A stretch of DNA of 64,000 nt from Chiloscyllium plagiosum (lineage: Eukaryota), in the NCBI RefSeq assembly GCF_004010195.1, contig NC_057755.1, forward strand, positions 5,290,921 through 5,354,920, in the 5' to 3' direction. The translations under genes were made by a program, and so were the position numbers. The notes under the pieces were generated by a model. That model saw nothing but the letters and a program-made list of their open reading frames with translations. It was not told where the DNA came from and made no database searches. Positions 40,935 to 54,700 of the stretch are shown here, piece by piece. The first letter of the stretch is position 1; each line of letters starts with the position of its first letter.

Positions 40935-43347
40935 TGACATCCGAAGATGCCAACTGCAGTTGGAAGGAATTTGCCGTAAATATCGGACCAGTATTATGGA
41001 GTGTAAGGTAAAAGATAGTTTTCAGATAAGGAGTTATAAATAGTGGCTTGAATGTTCTTTGGTGGACTTAAAGAATAGAATTGTTATTTTTTTCTTTAAC
41101 ACTGAAATCTGGGATAGTTATGAGGTGAAACTGAACAGTTTAGGCCTTGCTTCTCGACAACTTAGGACACAGGGATAAAAAGATAAACTATTTTCGCTGT
41201 TTAGGGATTCGAACACAAAGGGGCATAGTCTGCGAAGTAGGGTCATTGTGTTCAGAAGAGATGTTCGGAAGCACATCCACACAGAAAGGTTGCCTGATGT
41301 TTAGCATTCTCTTCCACAAACAGGACTGGATGCTGGATTAGTTGTTAATTTTCATTCTGAGATTGATTTTTCTTTGTTAAACGTAGGTGTTAAGGGAAAA
41401 AGTACAAATGCAGGTATATGGAGTTCGGCTGCAGATCAACCATTGAATGTCAGAACGAGCTCTCACGGCGAGGGTGGTGGTGAATGGCCTGTTTCTATAT
41501 CCCTACGATTATTAATCTCGTCCTATAATCTACCCAAGGCATTGCCATTTTTCCTGAAGTGTAGTGTTCAGAAGTGGGCAGAGCTCAGTTTTAACACAAT
41601 GAAAGGCATTTGATTTTCAAGAGTTCAAATCCAGTCTGTTTCCCCCAACTGTGGATGAATCGGTCCATTATAAAGGTTTGATAACATTTCACTTCTCTTT
41701 ATATCCTAATTCCAATTTGTGCCTTTACGTTTTTACAAACCTGCCCAAACTGCCCAATCACTTCCAAAGAGAAGTGCACACCTCCAAGTCTTGATAATAT
41801 TGTGCCTTGTCCAGAATTAGGCCAGTTAATTAATATTATCACTCTTTAGAAAAATAATGAATCTTTCTCACTTCCTACATGATCTGCTAATTGTCTGCCC
41901 GTTTCACTAGGTAATGGTATAAAATGCATCTAGAAATATCCCACGAATGAATAGTGAGTAGCTGCACTATTTGGAATACAGCAAACAGCCTTCATTTAAA
42001 GTATTGCTCAACGGGATAACAGAAAGGCAGCGATTTTAACATTTCACGGACATGTTTTTAAATTCAATGGATTGGGCTTAGCTGTTGGCATAGACACACC
42101 CAACAGCACAGCAAAAGTAGAACGCTGTTCAGCTCTTTCTCCAACCTTCATCATGGAACAGGAGGCCATTCACCTCTAATTTCTCGCTACAGATGCTCTC
42201 AGACATGCTCAGGTTTTCCAGGAATTTCTGCTTTTGTTTCTGATTGAGAACATCCGTAGTACTTCCATTTTAAAATCACTGCCTTCTCCAGCCTTCCAAA
42301 CAGCAGGAAGACAATGAGCAGGTGGATTTGATGGGTGGCGGGAATTCGGAATATACTGCTCATCCACACAACTAAGTCATGGTCTCGGCCATTGCTTCAA
42401 ATCCCACTGTGGCAGAAGATGGAATTTCAATTCAATGATTTTCTTAAATTTAAGAGTCTAATGATGAACCCAGAATGTTTCTTTGTTGGCTCATGCCTTT
42501 TACAGAGGGAAACGGCCATCCTTACCTAGTCAGGACTGCACGTGGCTCCAGACCCACAGCCATGTGGTTGACACTTTACACAACTCCAGACAATTAAGGA
42601 TGGGCAATAAATATTGGCGCTGTCCAGCAATGCGCTCATATCATGGCTGAATGACAGAAGCCTTCCTGAGAGTGATATACAGGAAGTGGAGGAAGCAATT
42701 TAGCTCATTCTGAGATGGTAAAGTGGGCCCTTCAGTCCCACTCGGAAGCACAAGAATATCAGAATGGCACAACGTCAGTCCACACTGGTTTCCATGAAAA
42801 AGGGAATGGATGAGGGAACGGGAAGGTGTGATGAAAGGGGGTTGAGTGAAGTGTCATAACAATTGGAATGGGAACGAGGCACAGTCGGTCAGATGGAGAG
42901 AGCTTGTCCTGGGAGACAGTGAAACATGGAGGCAACTAATTATGGGGATGGACACAGTGAGAGCCAATGCTTCATATTGATGTCTAGAAATTTGAACGGA
43001 GGGTACTGCCCAACACGACCAACCATCCAAATTGATGAAAGCTGGAAATAGTCACTATTACCCTGTATTTTATCATCTCGATTGTGTATTTGTTCCGCTC
43101 CATTTCCCAGCATTTAAGCATTTATATTTGCCTGCATACAAACCTTTTGCTGTTAATCGTCTCTCTGATCCCTTGCATGTAGGCCACACTGTTCCCCAGT
43201 GTTTCATTCTATTCTGATTCCACCTTCTCTCCCATTGTATTTAAGCCGCTCCCTGTTACTCTGCATTTAAGCCATTCGCCGTAATTCAGTCATCTCTGTT
43301 AACTGTCCAGTATGTAATCCTGTTTCTATACTTTAGTAATTAGTAAA

Positions 43348-43678
43348 TCATAGAATTCTTACCTTGCTGTCCAACAAGTTTACAGCAACCCCCTGAAGAT
43401 CATCGCACCCAAACCCATTCCCCACCCTATTACTCTACGTTTCCCACTGACTCATGTACCTAACCTACACTTCTCTGAACAGTGTGGGCATGTTAACATG
43501 GCCAATTCACCTGACCTGCACACTTTTGGATTATGCAAGGAAACCGGAGCACTTGGAGGGAGCCCACAGAGACACGGGGAGAATGTATAAACTCCACACA
43601 GACAGTCGACCGAGGCTGGGATCGAACCCGAGATCAAGGTGCTGTGAGGCAGCAGGAAAAGACACTGAGCCATAATGT
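43348..43678 (-). mobile_element. HE1-type tRNA-derived shark SINE
   Basis: Minus strand: TGGCTCAGTG (A box)...GGGTTCGATCCC (B box)...CTGTCTGTGTGGAGTT...CTCCCCGTGTCT, then a CR1-like tail. Internally deleted relatives at ~13925-14065, 34848-34983 and 56040-56178. Confidence 0.75.
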
Positions 43679-44524
43679 GTCCTACCCTATTACTCTTTAC
43701 TTAATCCTGTCTTTATCGACATTCGATCCTCTCTGTTCACCTGTACGTAACCATTTCTCTCTTACACTGTTTTCAATCCTTTTCGTGATAATCTCTATTT
43801 AATCGTGTCCTTATTTTGCATTTAGTACTCACACACCTACCCTCCACTGAATGCGCTCCATTTAAATCCCAACAATCACAGTCTTTAGCCATCTCTATAT
43901 TCAGTGTTCTTGCCATTTCTCCATAATTAGCCCTCTCACTACTACTTCTGTTTATTGTTCTCCACTGTCCTCTTTCCCTTGACGTAATCCTCCTTCTACA
44001 CTCCTTTATTCAAACACCACATTACTTTATGGTCTGTATTAAGTCCTCTCCCTTTCTCCTGTATTTAACTGCCACCCTGCTCCACTGCATTCAACACCAT
44101 CCCTATTATTCTCTATTTTCTCTTCTACCTATTAAGCTGTTACTCTCCCTCCCTTTCCACATAAACTTGTAAACCATCACCAATTCACCCTGCAGTTACA
44201 GGTGCATGGGATATCACACTGACAAAACTGATTCCTAGAGTGAGCTGAAACTCTGACATTCCTCTTTATATCTATCAGCCAGTTCTCCTCAGTGGACCAG
44301 GTTAACATTCGCAAACATCGAACCCCTCAGATTCAATGAGATCCACCTCATTACAATTCGTACAGCTTTCTCTGTATTCGCCCTATCTCTGTGCTCCTGC
44401 AATCAGCACACTTCCTCTTAAACTTCACGTACATCTCTTTCATTACGTCACATTAATTCCTTTCCCTTCTCTGTCTTCAACTCTCTCCCAGTTGCCCTCT
44501 TTTCAATTTTCTCCCTATTACTTT

Positions 44525-45279
44525 TGTTGTGAGAGTTGAATGCATGTACGGTACCTTTAAGAGAGAGAGAAGGATGTTTTCGCAGTGAGAGTTTGCAGAC
44601 ACCTGTCATGTGAATGACTAGCATTCACAAAGTGTAATGGAAAACTGAAAATATGCAACATTTGGCAGCGAAGTTCACACCAGTTCAAATTTAAGTCATC
44701 AGTTTACATGATGCCCCAGAATTCTAAACCCCATTCGAATTTGAATTTTACTGTTTTGACAACATTGAACCAATGAGAAGATCCAAGGTTTAGGGAAAAA
44801 AGAAGCCGCATTTTGGATAGTTAGCGAGAGAGAGCGACCAATATCCATCTTCAGAATATCTGCTAGCAAAACACTTGCTATCAAAGGTACTTTTTCATAA
44901 GAAGCATCTTTAGAATAAACGACCGTAGATGACCCAAGGAGCTCCTCAGATGAAAGAAGACAGACACCGACGCCAACAGCTGCTTTCTTGTTTTGAAAAT
45001 GAAGTTGACGCAGTTTAAATAGGGGCTTTTATTGGATCAAAATATTATCATAGACTTGAATGTAGATTACAGATCTTTAAGAGGAAGGAGGGTCAGACTT
45101 GTAAATAGTTGTTGTTTAATATTCACCTTTAGAGTTAAAAAATAAAATTGATACTTTTCTTTAAGTAGTGGAATTTGGAGAGTTCTCTGTCACTCATACT
45201 TTAACAGATTGTGAGTTGAGGTGAGCTTTTCTCTGCGTTTGTTTTAATTAGCAGAAGGATTCACTGCCATGTCATAACA
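44525..45279 (+). mobile_element. Solo LTR
   Basis: TGTTGTGA...TCATAACA inverted termini and internal AATAAA; interrupts a pyrimidine-rich tract. Related truncated LTRs begin at ~40274 and ~62683 (tgttatgag...gtacctttaaga). TSD not clean. Confidence 0.6.
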
Positions 45280-46974
45280 CTCCCCATTCCACCATCTCGA
45301 TTCCTTCATATTGAACTCTCTTCGCGTTATTCCCTACTTAATCCTATCCCTGCTACTTGATATTAAATCCTCTCTCCTTCCCTGTAGTTAATCATTTCTT
45401 CGATCAATTATATTCAATCTTCTTCCAATAAAGCTCCAATTTCACCTTTCCTTATTCCGTTGCATTAAATCCCATCCCGTTATCCAGCATTTAATCCTCT
45501 TCCTAGTACTCTCTGTTTAACCCTCTCATTGTTGCCGTCTATTCAATACTATCACAATTATTCTGAATTGTATTCTTTCCCTATTAAAATCTTGTGTCCA
45601 CTCTGTAACTCTTTGTATCTTCCCCGATGGTGTTCAATTATTGTTTCCTATTCCAGAATGTGTGTCTACTCTCCAAAAAACAGAGACCAGGAGTCCCTGC
45701 CGGATCATACTCCACGACCGCTAACACGTGACCGCTGCTGCCCTGTGTTGCCGCCCCTCTGGCCGGCGCTGGAATTGCAAATTTATTCCAAAGCTCGACA
45801 GGGGCACAGCAGCCGAACCCCATGTTAGACACAAGACTGTTCATCAATAGGAGGCAGGCATAACTTCAACGTACACTCATATTTACATATAAATAGCAAC
45901 AGCTCCAATACATAAAAATATTTATGTACAAACTGGAGCAGCTCCAATATAAAGTAATATTTATACATAAACTGTAACATTTTCAATTCACAACTTTTAT
46001 ATATTAACTGAGCCAGCTCCAGTACACTTCAACATTTACATATAGACAAGAACAGTTCTAATATACCATATTTAAATATGAACATGGTCAGTTTTAAGAC
46101 ACAATTCCAAGACACGAAATATGAACAGTTTCATTACATCTCCAATATGCGGCAAGATTGACTAATAAACGCAAATACTTCAAAAATGGAAAAATATTTC
46201 CACATAAATATGTGCATCTGCAACTCACAACAGGTTCATATGTAATAGCGCACAGTTCTGTGATACAGCAATACTTATATGCAAGCATGAACAGCTCCGA
46301 AACTAAACAGGAATTGAATACATTCATGAAAACATTCCAGACTCAACAATATTCATACTTACAAATGAACAGTTCTAATGCTCAATTATATTTATATAGA
46401 AGCTGGAACATCTCCAATGCAAAAGAATATTTCGATATAAACACACTCAGTTACAATGCACAGTAATCATTGCACGTAAAAATGATCTGCTTCTATACAT
46501 GGTAATATTTGTACAGACACACACAGGTCCAATATATATATTAATCTACATACTTTAATATTGTGCATATGAATGACATGGATGAAGGAAGCCAATGTGC
46601 TGTTGCCAATTTTGCAGATGACAGAAACATAGTTGGGAAGGTTGCATCGGGTTCAGAGAGAGTGTCAACGGTCCTGAAGCTGTGACTCTGATTTCTCTGC
46701 ATGGATGTTGCCAGATCTATTGAACTTTTCCAGAAATTACTCTTTTTTTCCAGTTTATCAATATATCGTTACTTCAAAGACGGACAAAGAGCTGAATTCC
46801 AGAGGTGAGGTGAGAGTGACATCCGTGTGTCCCTCACAAAATGACAATCAGTGGCACACTCCCAACGTGCTGATGTCATATCTGGCACATCGGAAGATGG
46901 TTGTGGTTGTTGGAGGTCAGTCATCTCAGCTCCAGGACAGCTGTGCAAGAGTACGACATTTATCAGAATTGTTC

Positions 46975-48530
46975 CAGTGACTTTGGAAGGCAGGTGTGGT
47001 GATGAAACTGACTAAACGTGAATGTGGCAAAGCCCAAGTCACCTTCTTGGTCCATGTTATTTGGCGTGGACAAACGACCACATGGAATTAAAAGCAAAGG
47101 TAATTAGGGAGTTTCCCATACCATCAATACTAAACTTCCTGGGGTGGAATGGGGTTTACTGGAAATTCACATCAAATTTAGCAGTGTGGATTCTCCACTC
47201 ACTGAATTACTAAAGAACGGCAAGAAGTTTTCGTTGACAGGGAACTGTCAGAAAGCATTTGACAGTCTGAAAGTTTTGTTGACCACAGCTCCAGTGTTAG
47301 ACATCCCAAATAATGCAAATCCATTCAAGGTGGCGATCGATGCGTGTGATTTGGATGTTCGGAATGTGCTCTTACAGGAAGATGACGAGAAGATTGAAAG
47401 ACCTATCAGGTATTTCAGCAGGAATTTGAACATACGTCAGCAGAATTACTCGAACGTTGAGAAGGAGACTTTGAGATTGGTGTTTACTTTAAATCGTTTC
47501 AACTTTTATGTTACCATTAACGTGTCTGAATCAAATATATGCACTGATCATAACCCATTGAAGTCCGCACTGAAATTTAAGGACAAAAATTCCAGACTGT
47601 TTGGAGGGAGCTTGTTATTGCAGACAGTCAATTTGAAAATGTGTATGTGACAGGATGGGAAAATGTGATTGTCGAGACTTGAAAGAGAAACAGAGTGCTC
47701 AGTGGCAGGAGTGAAACAGGTTTAAACAGAAAATCGTAGTGAATGCTTGCGTTGTTATTGTCATTGGAATGCACACGGGTGTTGTAGTGCACAAACAGTT
47801 AAAGATTAAGGCCTTGGAAAAAAAAGCCATCTTTGGTTATTGATAGTTCACTTTTTTGGAAGGGGGAGATGTTATGATGCTGCTCATTTCATAAGGTTGT
47901 GTTGTCCTTGGGTTTTTTAGTGTGGTCAGAAACTCTGGGGTTCAGGGGTGTCTAGTTTGGATGGGTTGTATGACCAATTTGATTGTTTCTAACAGAAAAT
48001 GCCTCGTGTATTACGCTCTCAAGTGCGCAAATGGAGCACTTACACAATGAAAGGGAAGTGGCCAGTTTACCTAGCTTAACCTACCTCTGGTTTAGTTCTG
48101 TTTGGTTTGGTGTTAGCAAACAGTTAGTTTTGTTTAGACTGCTGGTAGAAGGAACAGCAACGTGGAATAAATTGTTCCATGCCGAATCTCTCTCTGACTT
48201 CTCTTCTGTAAGACGCCATGTTTGAATTTACCCGTTTTGCCAAGGGGTGTTTTTGGGGATTGTTGGAGGAATGTGCAACAATCACTATGTTGGGATAGTC
48301 TGTTGGGTTTTTGGATTAGATCAGTTAATGTTATTCTGTATTCGGTTCTCTTTTGTTTGTGTTTCATTCGGTACTCTGTAAATAAATTATGTTTACTTGA
48401 ATACAAGGGGTTTTGACGAGCTGCGTCACTCCTGGGATATCGACTCTCCACCTGTTCAAAACAGGTACAAAATTTAGGGTCTGGATAGCCATTTGAAATT
48501 TCTGGAGAGTGTCTGGCCTGATTCATTACA
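46975..48530 (+). mobile_element. Gmr1-like LTR retrotransposon, 3' part: RT C-terminus/RNase H, polypurine tract 47858-47869, 3' LTR 47870-48530
   Basis: ORF 47144-47650: CQKAFDSLK...APVL...PFKVAIDACD...YSNVEKE...TDHNPL...SLLLQ. Followed by ggaagggggaga|TGTTATG...TTACA. Confidence 0.85.
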
Positions 48531-49062
48531 AATGTATTTAAATTTGAAATATATTGGTTCCTGATTAGTAAGTGATATTTATGAAAAGAAGGCAGGATAA
48601 TAGAATTGAAAAACAGATCCTTCCTGATCCAATGGCAGAACAGGCTCAGTAGGCTGAATGGTCTAATTCTGTTCCTACATTGTAAGGCCTAATCAGAAAG
48701 AACTGGAACACTTATTTTCATGGAACATTCCACTGTCTTGTTTCGTTCATTAGGCTAAGTTCTTTGAATGGAAGTAACAGTTCAGCTTTCAGGGTGCAAG
48801 AGGCAGACATACTTTATTGAGATATTTCACAGCCTTCCAGAAATACGCAATTTGTGAAGCGTGACCTATTCTAGGTTTCTCTTGTCCTTTTACAGGAGAG
48901 ATTCTCAGACAAAGATAGAACCACACACAGAGGAACACACAAACACACCCACATCCTCACACATAGGCGGACACGAAGAAGCACAGCCATCCTCAGTAAT
49001 ACAGTGAAACATGAGGGTACTGATGAACAAAGACAAACATACACGCACTAACCCAAACATGC

Positions 49063-49776
49063 TAATGTTAAAGTATAAGATGTTTGCACTGTTCACTCCT
49101 CAAAGAAGTATGAAGCTGATGGATATGGTGAAGAGGCAAATCACCGACTTCTTCAGACTCTCCATCTCTGTGTCTTTGCGACTCTCTCCCTTGCTCTGAC
49201 TCCTCAGGCTCTTGCGGACTCGACTGGCCACTAAAATGTACCTGACCGTCAGAGTGTTCATCAACAGAATTAACAAGAATGGGAGGAAAGGCACTAAAAT
49301 GATATCAAACCACTTAAACCTTCGCCACCTAGGATCAGTAAAATAACTTGACTTTATGTAGCAGTACCTTGGAACATTGTTAATTATCCTTCCAGGTTTG
49401 TACCGAAAATAGAAGGGAATGTTTTTTGAACAGAGTAGAATGCTAGTTGCAGCCAGAGCCACAGCCAAGGTTTTGTCTGTCCAATATTTTCTGTTCATTT
49501 TCAAGCAGCAAATGGCTACAAAACGATCAAAGGTGAAAAGAACAGTGAACCATACGGAACAGTCTGTGGCTGCACGAAGCAGGACATAGACAGCACTGCA
49601 CACTGGGGTGATGTCCAGGAAACACCCTGGGTAGTAAAGTTCTTTCAATCGCCACAGCATGATCTCAGCGAAAATGAACAGTAGATCTGATGCTGCCATA
49701 GCCAGCAGGCAGCGGGTTGTGCAGTCAGAGAGGCCACACTTTCCCCGAGAGAGAACCAACATCAGCTGGAAATTAA
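49063..49776 (-). pseudogene. GPR139-like GPCR copy 3, exon 2 (premature stop and 3' deletion)
   Basis: Near-identical to copy 2. TGG to TGA at 49100-49102 (FILLW to FILL*). Homology ends at 49063, so TM7 and the C-tail are missing. Confidence 0.88.
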
Positions 49777-50292
49777 CTGAAAGAGACAGAATATAAAATA
49801 TAAATCGGAAGTCACTGATCAAGCATTCTCCTCTTTTGCCCAGAGAGCAATGGAAGATCTCCATATCTAACCAGGACAGGGAATTGACAGATGGCAAAAG
49901 GGCATAAATTTTAAGGTGAACAGCAAAAGTTTTGGAGGGGATTTGACGAAAGGTCTTTCACTCAGAGAGTGGTGTGTGTTTTGATAATTCAGTGCTTGGG
50001 AGGGTTGTTGATGTAGGAAACCTCACAACCTTTAACAACTAACTGGGTCAAGACTAGATTTCATCGAGCCTTGATAGCACAAGCTTGACGACTGATGCAC
50101 CTCTTCAGTACAGTCGGGTTCCACAATTCTAAGAAGTACTTCTGGGAAGTAGTTTGGGAAGTGCAAAATTTTCACAAAACAAATAAAAGTGCTGTGGATA
50201 CCAGAAATATAAAAAAGAAACAGAAATCACAGGCGACGCTCAACAGCTATGGCAACATCTGTGGAGAGAGAAACATCGTAAATGAAATCATT

Positions 50293-51790
50293 CTACGGTG
50301 GATGGCTTCCCAGGACTATTCTCCCTAAGTCCAACTATAATGCTATTCCTCTATCAAAAAGCAATTCGTCTTTTTTCTTTCCTTCCTACAGCAATTCTAT
50401 CCTGCAATTGTCAGCTGCCAGTCCTGTCCATCCCTGAGCCACATCTGTGTAATTGCTATGGTATCCTAGCCCCATATTCTTCACCACGAGCTCAGTTCAT
50501 CTGTTTCCCCTGTTAGGCATCTTGTGTAGGAATAAATGAAATTTAATTTGTCAGTCTTTCCTCACTCTCTGCTTTGAGTCTGCCTGACAATTGGACTTGC
50601 TCGTTTTCACTTCTGTGTCAGTCTCAGGCTGATTTGTTTCCTCACTGTCGGCCTGATCATGCGACCCCACCCCCGCACACCCACCATTACCATAATCTCC
50701 ACTCCAACTTTACTAGCTTCAATATTCCTGAGCATCTCGAGCAAACCTCTATGCCAGTGAATTAGTTTTTCTTTCCAAATTCAGTTGCAATCTGTCCTTG
50801 TTATACAGATCACTTATGCCCGAAGAAATATGCCAATGATGCACAAATGTGAAGTATTCTGCCCTGCACCAGTTCCTCAGTCACACATTCATCTGCTCTA
50901 TCCTCCTAGTACTACGCTCACTAGTTCGTGGCATTGAGAATGATCCAGATACTACTACCCTCAAGGACCTCTTTTCATTGTCCTGCCTAACCTCATACTC
51001 TCCCTTCAGAATTTCGTCCTTATTCTTTCCTGTGTCGTTAGTTGCAATGTACACTGACCTTCTTCTGACCCCACTCCCCTTTGAGAATATTCTACACGCT
51101 CTCTGAGATATCCTTGATCCTGAAATATCCTTGAGGCAACAGTCTGTCTGTGCCTCTGTTGAGAGAGTCCCCTATCACAATTTGTCACTTGGAACCTGGC
51201 GAAGCAGTCGTTACATTTGAGCGAATCTTGGTGCCAGGACTTGGCTGTTCATAGTACATTCCCCTAAGAGTCCATCACACCCTACATTTTCCAAAACAAC
51301 ATATCTCTTTAAAATGGAGATAGCCACAGGAGACTGCTGCACTATCTATCTCACTCTCCTGCCTTTCCTGGAGGCAACTTGGAATCTTGGTGCCAGGACT
51401 TGGCTGTTCATGGTACATTCCCCTAAGAGTCCATCACACACTACATTTTCCAAAACAACATATCTCTTTAAAATGGAGATAGCCACAGGCGACTCCTGCA
51501 CTATCTATCTCACTCTCCTGCCTTTCCTGGAGGCAACTTGTCGACTTGGTTATGTCTGCTTTTGTTCTCTCTTCCTTTAGCTGCCATCCATCAGACCCCT
51601 TAACTCCTGAAAATTCCTCATTGCCTCAATATTCCTCACTTCTGCTCCAACCTATACAAGTGATATGATAGGTTTCACGACCAAACATATTTACTCTAGA
51701 CATATTGATCAGTAACACGAAAGCTCTATCACATCTGACAGGAAGAGTACATCGCTCCTCTAAAGGCCATCTTTGCCACTTAATAATCTA
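50293..51790 (-). mobile_element. CR1 5' portion (paralog of 29262-30600)
   Basis: Colinear with 29262-30600, plus a 159-bp internal tandem duplication. Confidence 0.75.
51223..51540 (+). repeat. 159-bp tandem duplication, unit 3 only
   Basis: gaatcttggtgccaggacttggc at 51223 and 51382; single copy at ~30200-30355. Confidence 0.9.
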
Positions 51791-54700
51791 CACCCCTAGA
51801 ACAAACTACAGCCTTACTGCTGTAATGGACACTGCTACCGGCTAATGTAGTACCGATGCTTTATATTTTTACATTTTAATCAAGAGACAGATCTGAATAA
51901 AACCTGTAACCAAAAATAACTCATTCTACTGAATATTGCAGATATACACCAAAAACTCCGCAAGACTACACTTAAAATCTATAAACGTACCTGCTCCTGT
52001 GCTGTGAACTCTCCCACACAGTTTCCTCCTTTTTTTACATTGTGTTGCTTTGATCTTTCTTTTCTCAAAATTTCCAAAACAATGCAACAGCACATAAAAA
52101 AATTACTCTTCCAGCATTTTTTGGAAGTCAGCGCTGACACCCGAACTATCTCAAAAAAGGAGCCGCTCTCACAGTCACAATTATTTCTCTTTCTCCAATT
52201 TGGGTTACCTCGAAACGTCTGGTCACTATATTACAAAACCATTGCTTGTTACAATTGTGAAGATGCATCTGTTTGATGTTCAAAGCTAACAGAGCTGAGA
52301 CAGGTTTGTTTCATCATTAAAGGTGTAATCCATGATCTGAGCCCTCTCCGTGATGATGAACTGAGGATCTGTTAACTCACTGAATCCCACATAGTTTGAT
52401 TTGTAAAGTGAACAATTCCTTGTCAAGTTTACCAAATGTTCTAATTTCGCTGACGTTCAGTCAGCAAATAATACAAAATGCAAATAGGGAGCTGTGACTT
52501 TTTTTATTGCACCCTCTGTACTACCTGACTCAAATAGTTTTTGGAAGGTGCTTGTTGATATGTTATGAATAAACTATACACTGCGAATCAAAATAGACAG
52601 TTCCCTACTGCAAAATCTGAATGTGACAGCTCCAATCCATTGTATAATAAATATGATAAAAAAAATCAGGTCTCTCTGACTGTCTATTGTGTTCTATCAT
52701 GTCGGGGCAAATAAATTGATCTGAATACTCAGCAGTTTATCGATAATACAAGATTTCATACTTCTTTTCTAAATCTTTACATTGTAATGAGACAACTAAG
52801 CAAGGTAAGTAATATTAACTTAATGATTTGGTAAATTCTTATTCTCTAACTTTAATTAAAAGTAATCGTTCCCATGCAAAATTGATTTATGCATTTTAAA
52901 GTTATGAAGCTTCATAAGCTTCTTTAGGTAACAAATGGAAACCCTGTGGAGTTCACTTTAACAATCCACAGTGTTGCAGTGTTGAAAATGGAAAACATAG
53001 AAACAGGCCATTTAACCGACCAAGTGAATTCACTTCAACACTCCTCAGTCTTTCTGCAATAGCACAGAAATGCACGAAAGTTATGGCACTGAAAGAGGTA
53101 ATTCATGTATGCAACAATTGAAAATACGAACAAGCTGCTCTGATCCCCCTTTCCGGCACCTGGTCCGCAGCGTTGTGGGTTTCTATACCTCACGTGAAGC
53201 TCCAGGTTCCCGGTAAATGAGTTAAAGTTCACCTCAAGCCGTCACCAGTACTAGGAAATGAATTCCAGTCGCACTATCAACTTCTGAATGAAATGGTTGG
53301 CCTCATGTCCTTGATAATCCTCCCAATATTTTTTCTCACTCTGTGTCTCATGGTAAATATTTCTGTGTTCGGGGAGACATGTCCCCAATCAAGACCCTAA
53401 TTATTTTGTACATCCCAATCACATCAAATCTCATGCCCCTCTCTTTATGGAAAATGACACTACCTTCTTCATCTTTCATCAAAGCTGCAGTAATTTCCAT
53501 GATTTGGAGGTGTTGGACTGGGATGTACAAAGTTAGAATCCACACAAAATCAGGTTAGAGTCCACATGCACGCCTACACATATACTTTTTAGGTGTATTG
53601 TACTTGCAAAGTTACTTTGTACTTTGCTCAAAGACTGCATTATTCCACGTAACGTTCTGTTAATTCATTTTTAACATTAGAATCAGTCTAAACATTATGG
53701 CACGGACAGCAGCACAAAGGGGGCTAACACCTTCAACACATTATCAGATAATTGTTAAAGTTCACCTGTGAATGTAAATTTTGAAAAAGATTTTGTGATT
53801 TTCAAGTGAAAGAAGTGAAACTAACTTGCTTATTCAAACAGATGAGAGCCTTAACAAATAATCGTTGTATTTGTCAATGTATACTCTCAGTTGCATCACA
53901 CTGTAAACTTTTACAAGTTCTGTGTCTTACAACAATGTCCTCCACAACCACCTGACGAAGGAGCAGCGCTCCAAACGCGGGTGCTTCCAATTAAAACTGT
54001 TGGACTATAACCTGGTGTTGTGTTATTTTGAACGCACGATTTTCCACATACTAACACCATTCTTATAAATATCTTCTCTACTCTCCTCAGAGTCATTCTT
54101 TCCTCACAGCTCGCTGATAACTTGTACTGTGCACAAAACCGGATGTGTGTGAGCTAACCAGCGTCTCATGCAGTTGCAGCCTTACGGATCTGGCAGGGAC
54201 TGAGGGAATTTATTTTGTGTTGGCTCTGGTGCAGAGTGAGAGAGTAATAACTTTGTGATGGGTGATAAGGTATTAAACTCAGTGTGAATGACTGATCAGG
54301 CTTTAGGCCATATAATGGATCTGGATGGATATAGTTGAGGCGCAATCTATATGAAGAGTGGGGTTAGTTTTTCAGTTCTTCAGGAGTTAGTATTAGTCTT
54401 TAATCGCCTCACTTCAGTTCTGATACCAGCTGATTAGTTACAGAACAAGCCAGATCCTAAACACAAATCCAGTTTGATGGATGACAACCTTACTTGTTTT
54501 GATTTAACAATGTAATTTCTTGCTCAATCGCAAACACACAATGCTGCGAATATTATTTCTACAACAAAACAGAAATTTATTGCCCAAGAAAATGCGATTA
54601 AGTAGAATGAAACAAACTCCCAAGAAAATGCGATTAAGTAGAATGAAACAAACTACTTACTTAAAACGCAGATTCAAAAGCAATGAACACGGATGAACTG

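Larger units (their letters stand above)
24903..41618 (+). repeat. Recent segmental duplication, copy A (paralog 48552-64000)
   Basis: Colinear, highly similar sequence from tattggtt.ctgattagtaagtgatatttatg to ttttaacacaatg.aaggcatttga; differs by discrete indels and TE insertions. Confidence 0.93.

Noticed and set aside
43600..43678. tRNA gene
   Set aside because: The A and B boxes belong to a SINE head; no cloverleaf.
45745..45785. CTCF-like motif on the minus strand (TGCAATTCC...GGCCAGAGGGGCGGC)
   Set aside because: Core spacing does not fit the consensus in either paralog; not supportable without a PWM scan.
49777..49897. N-terminal extension MPSVNSLSWLDME... of ORF 49100-49897 as a single-exon start
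   Set aside because: Intron read-through. The near-identical copy 2 ORF does not extend into this region, and a conserved acceptor plus upstream exon explain the gene better.
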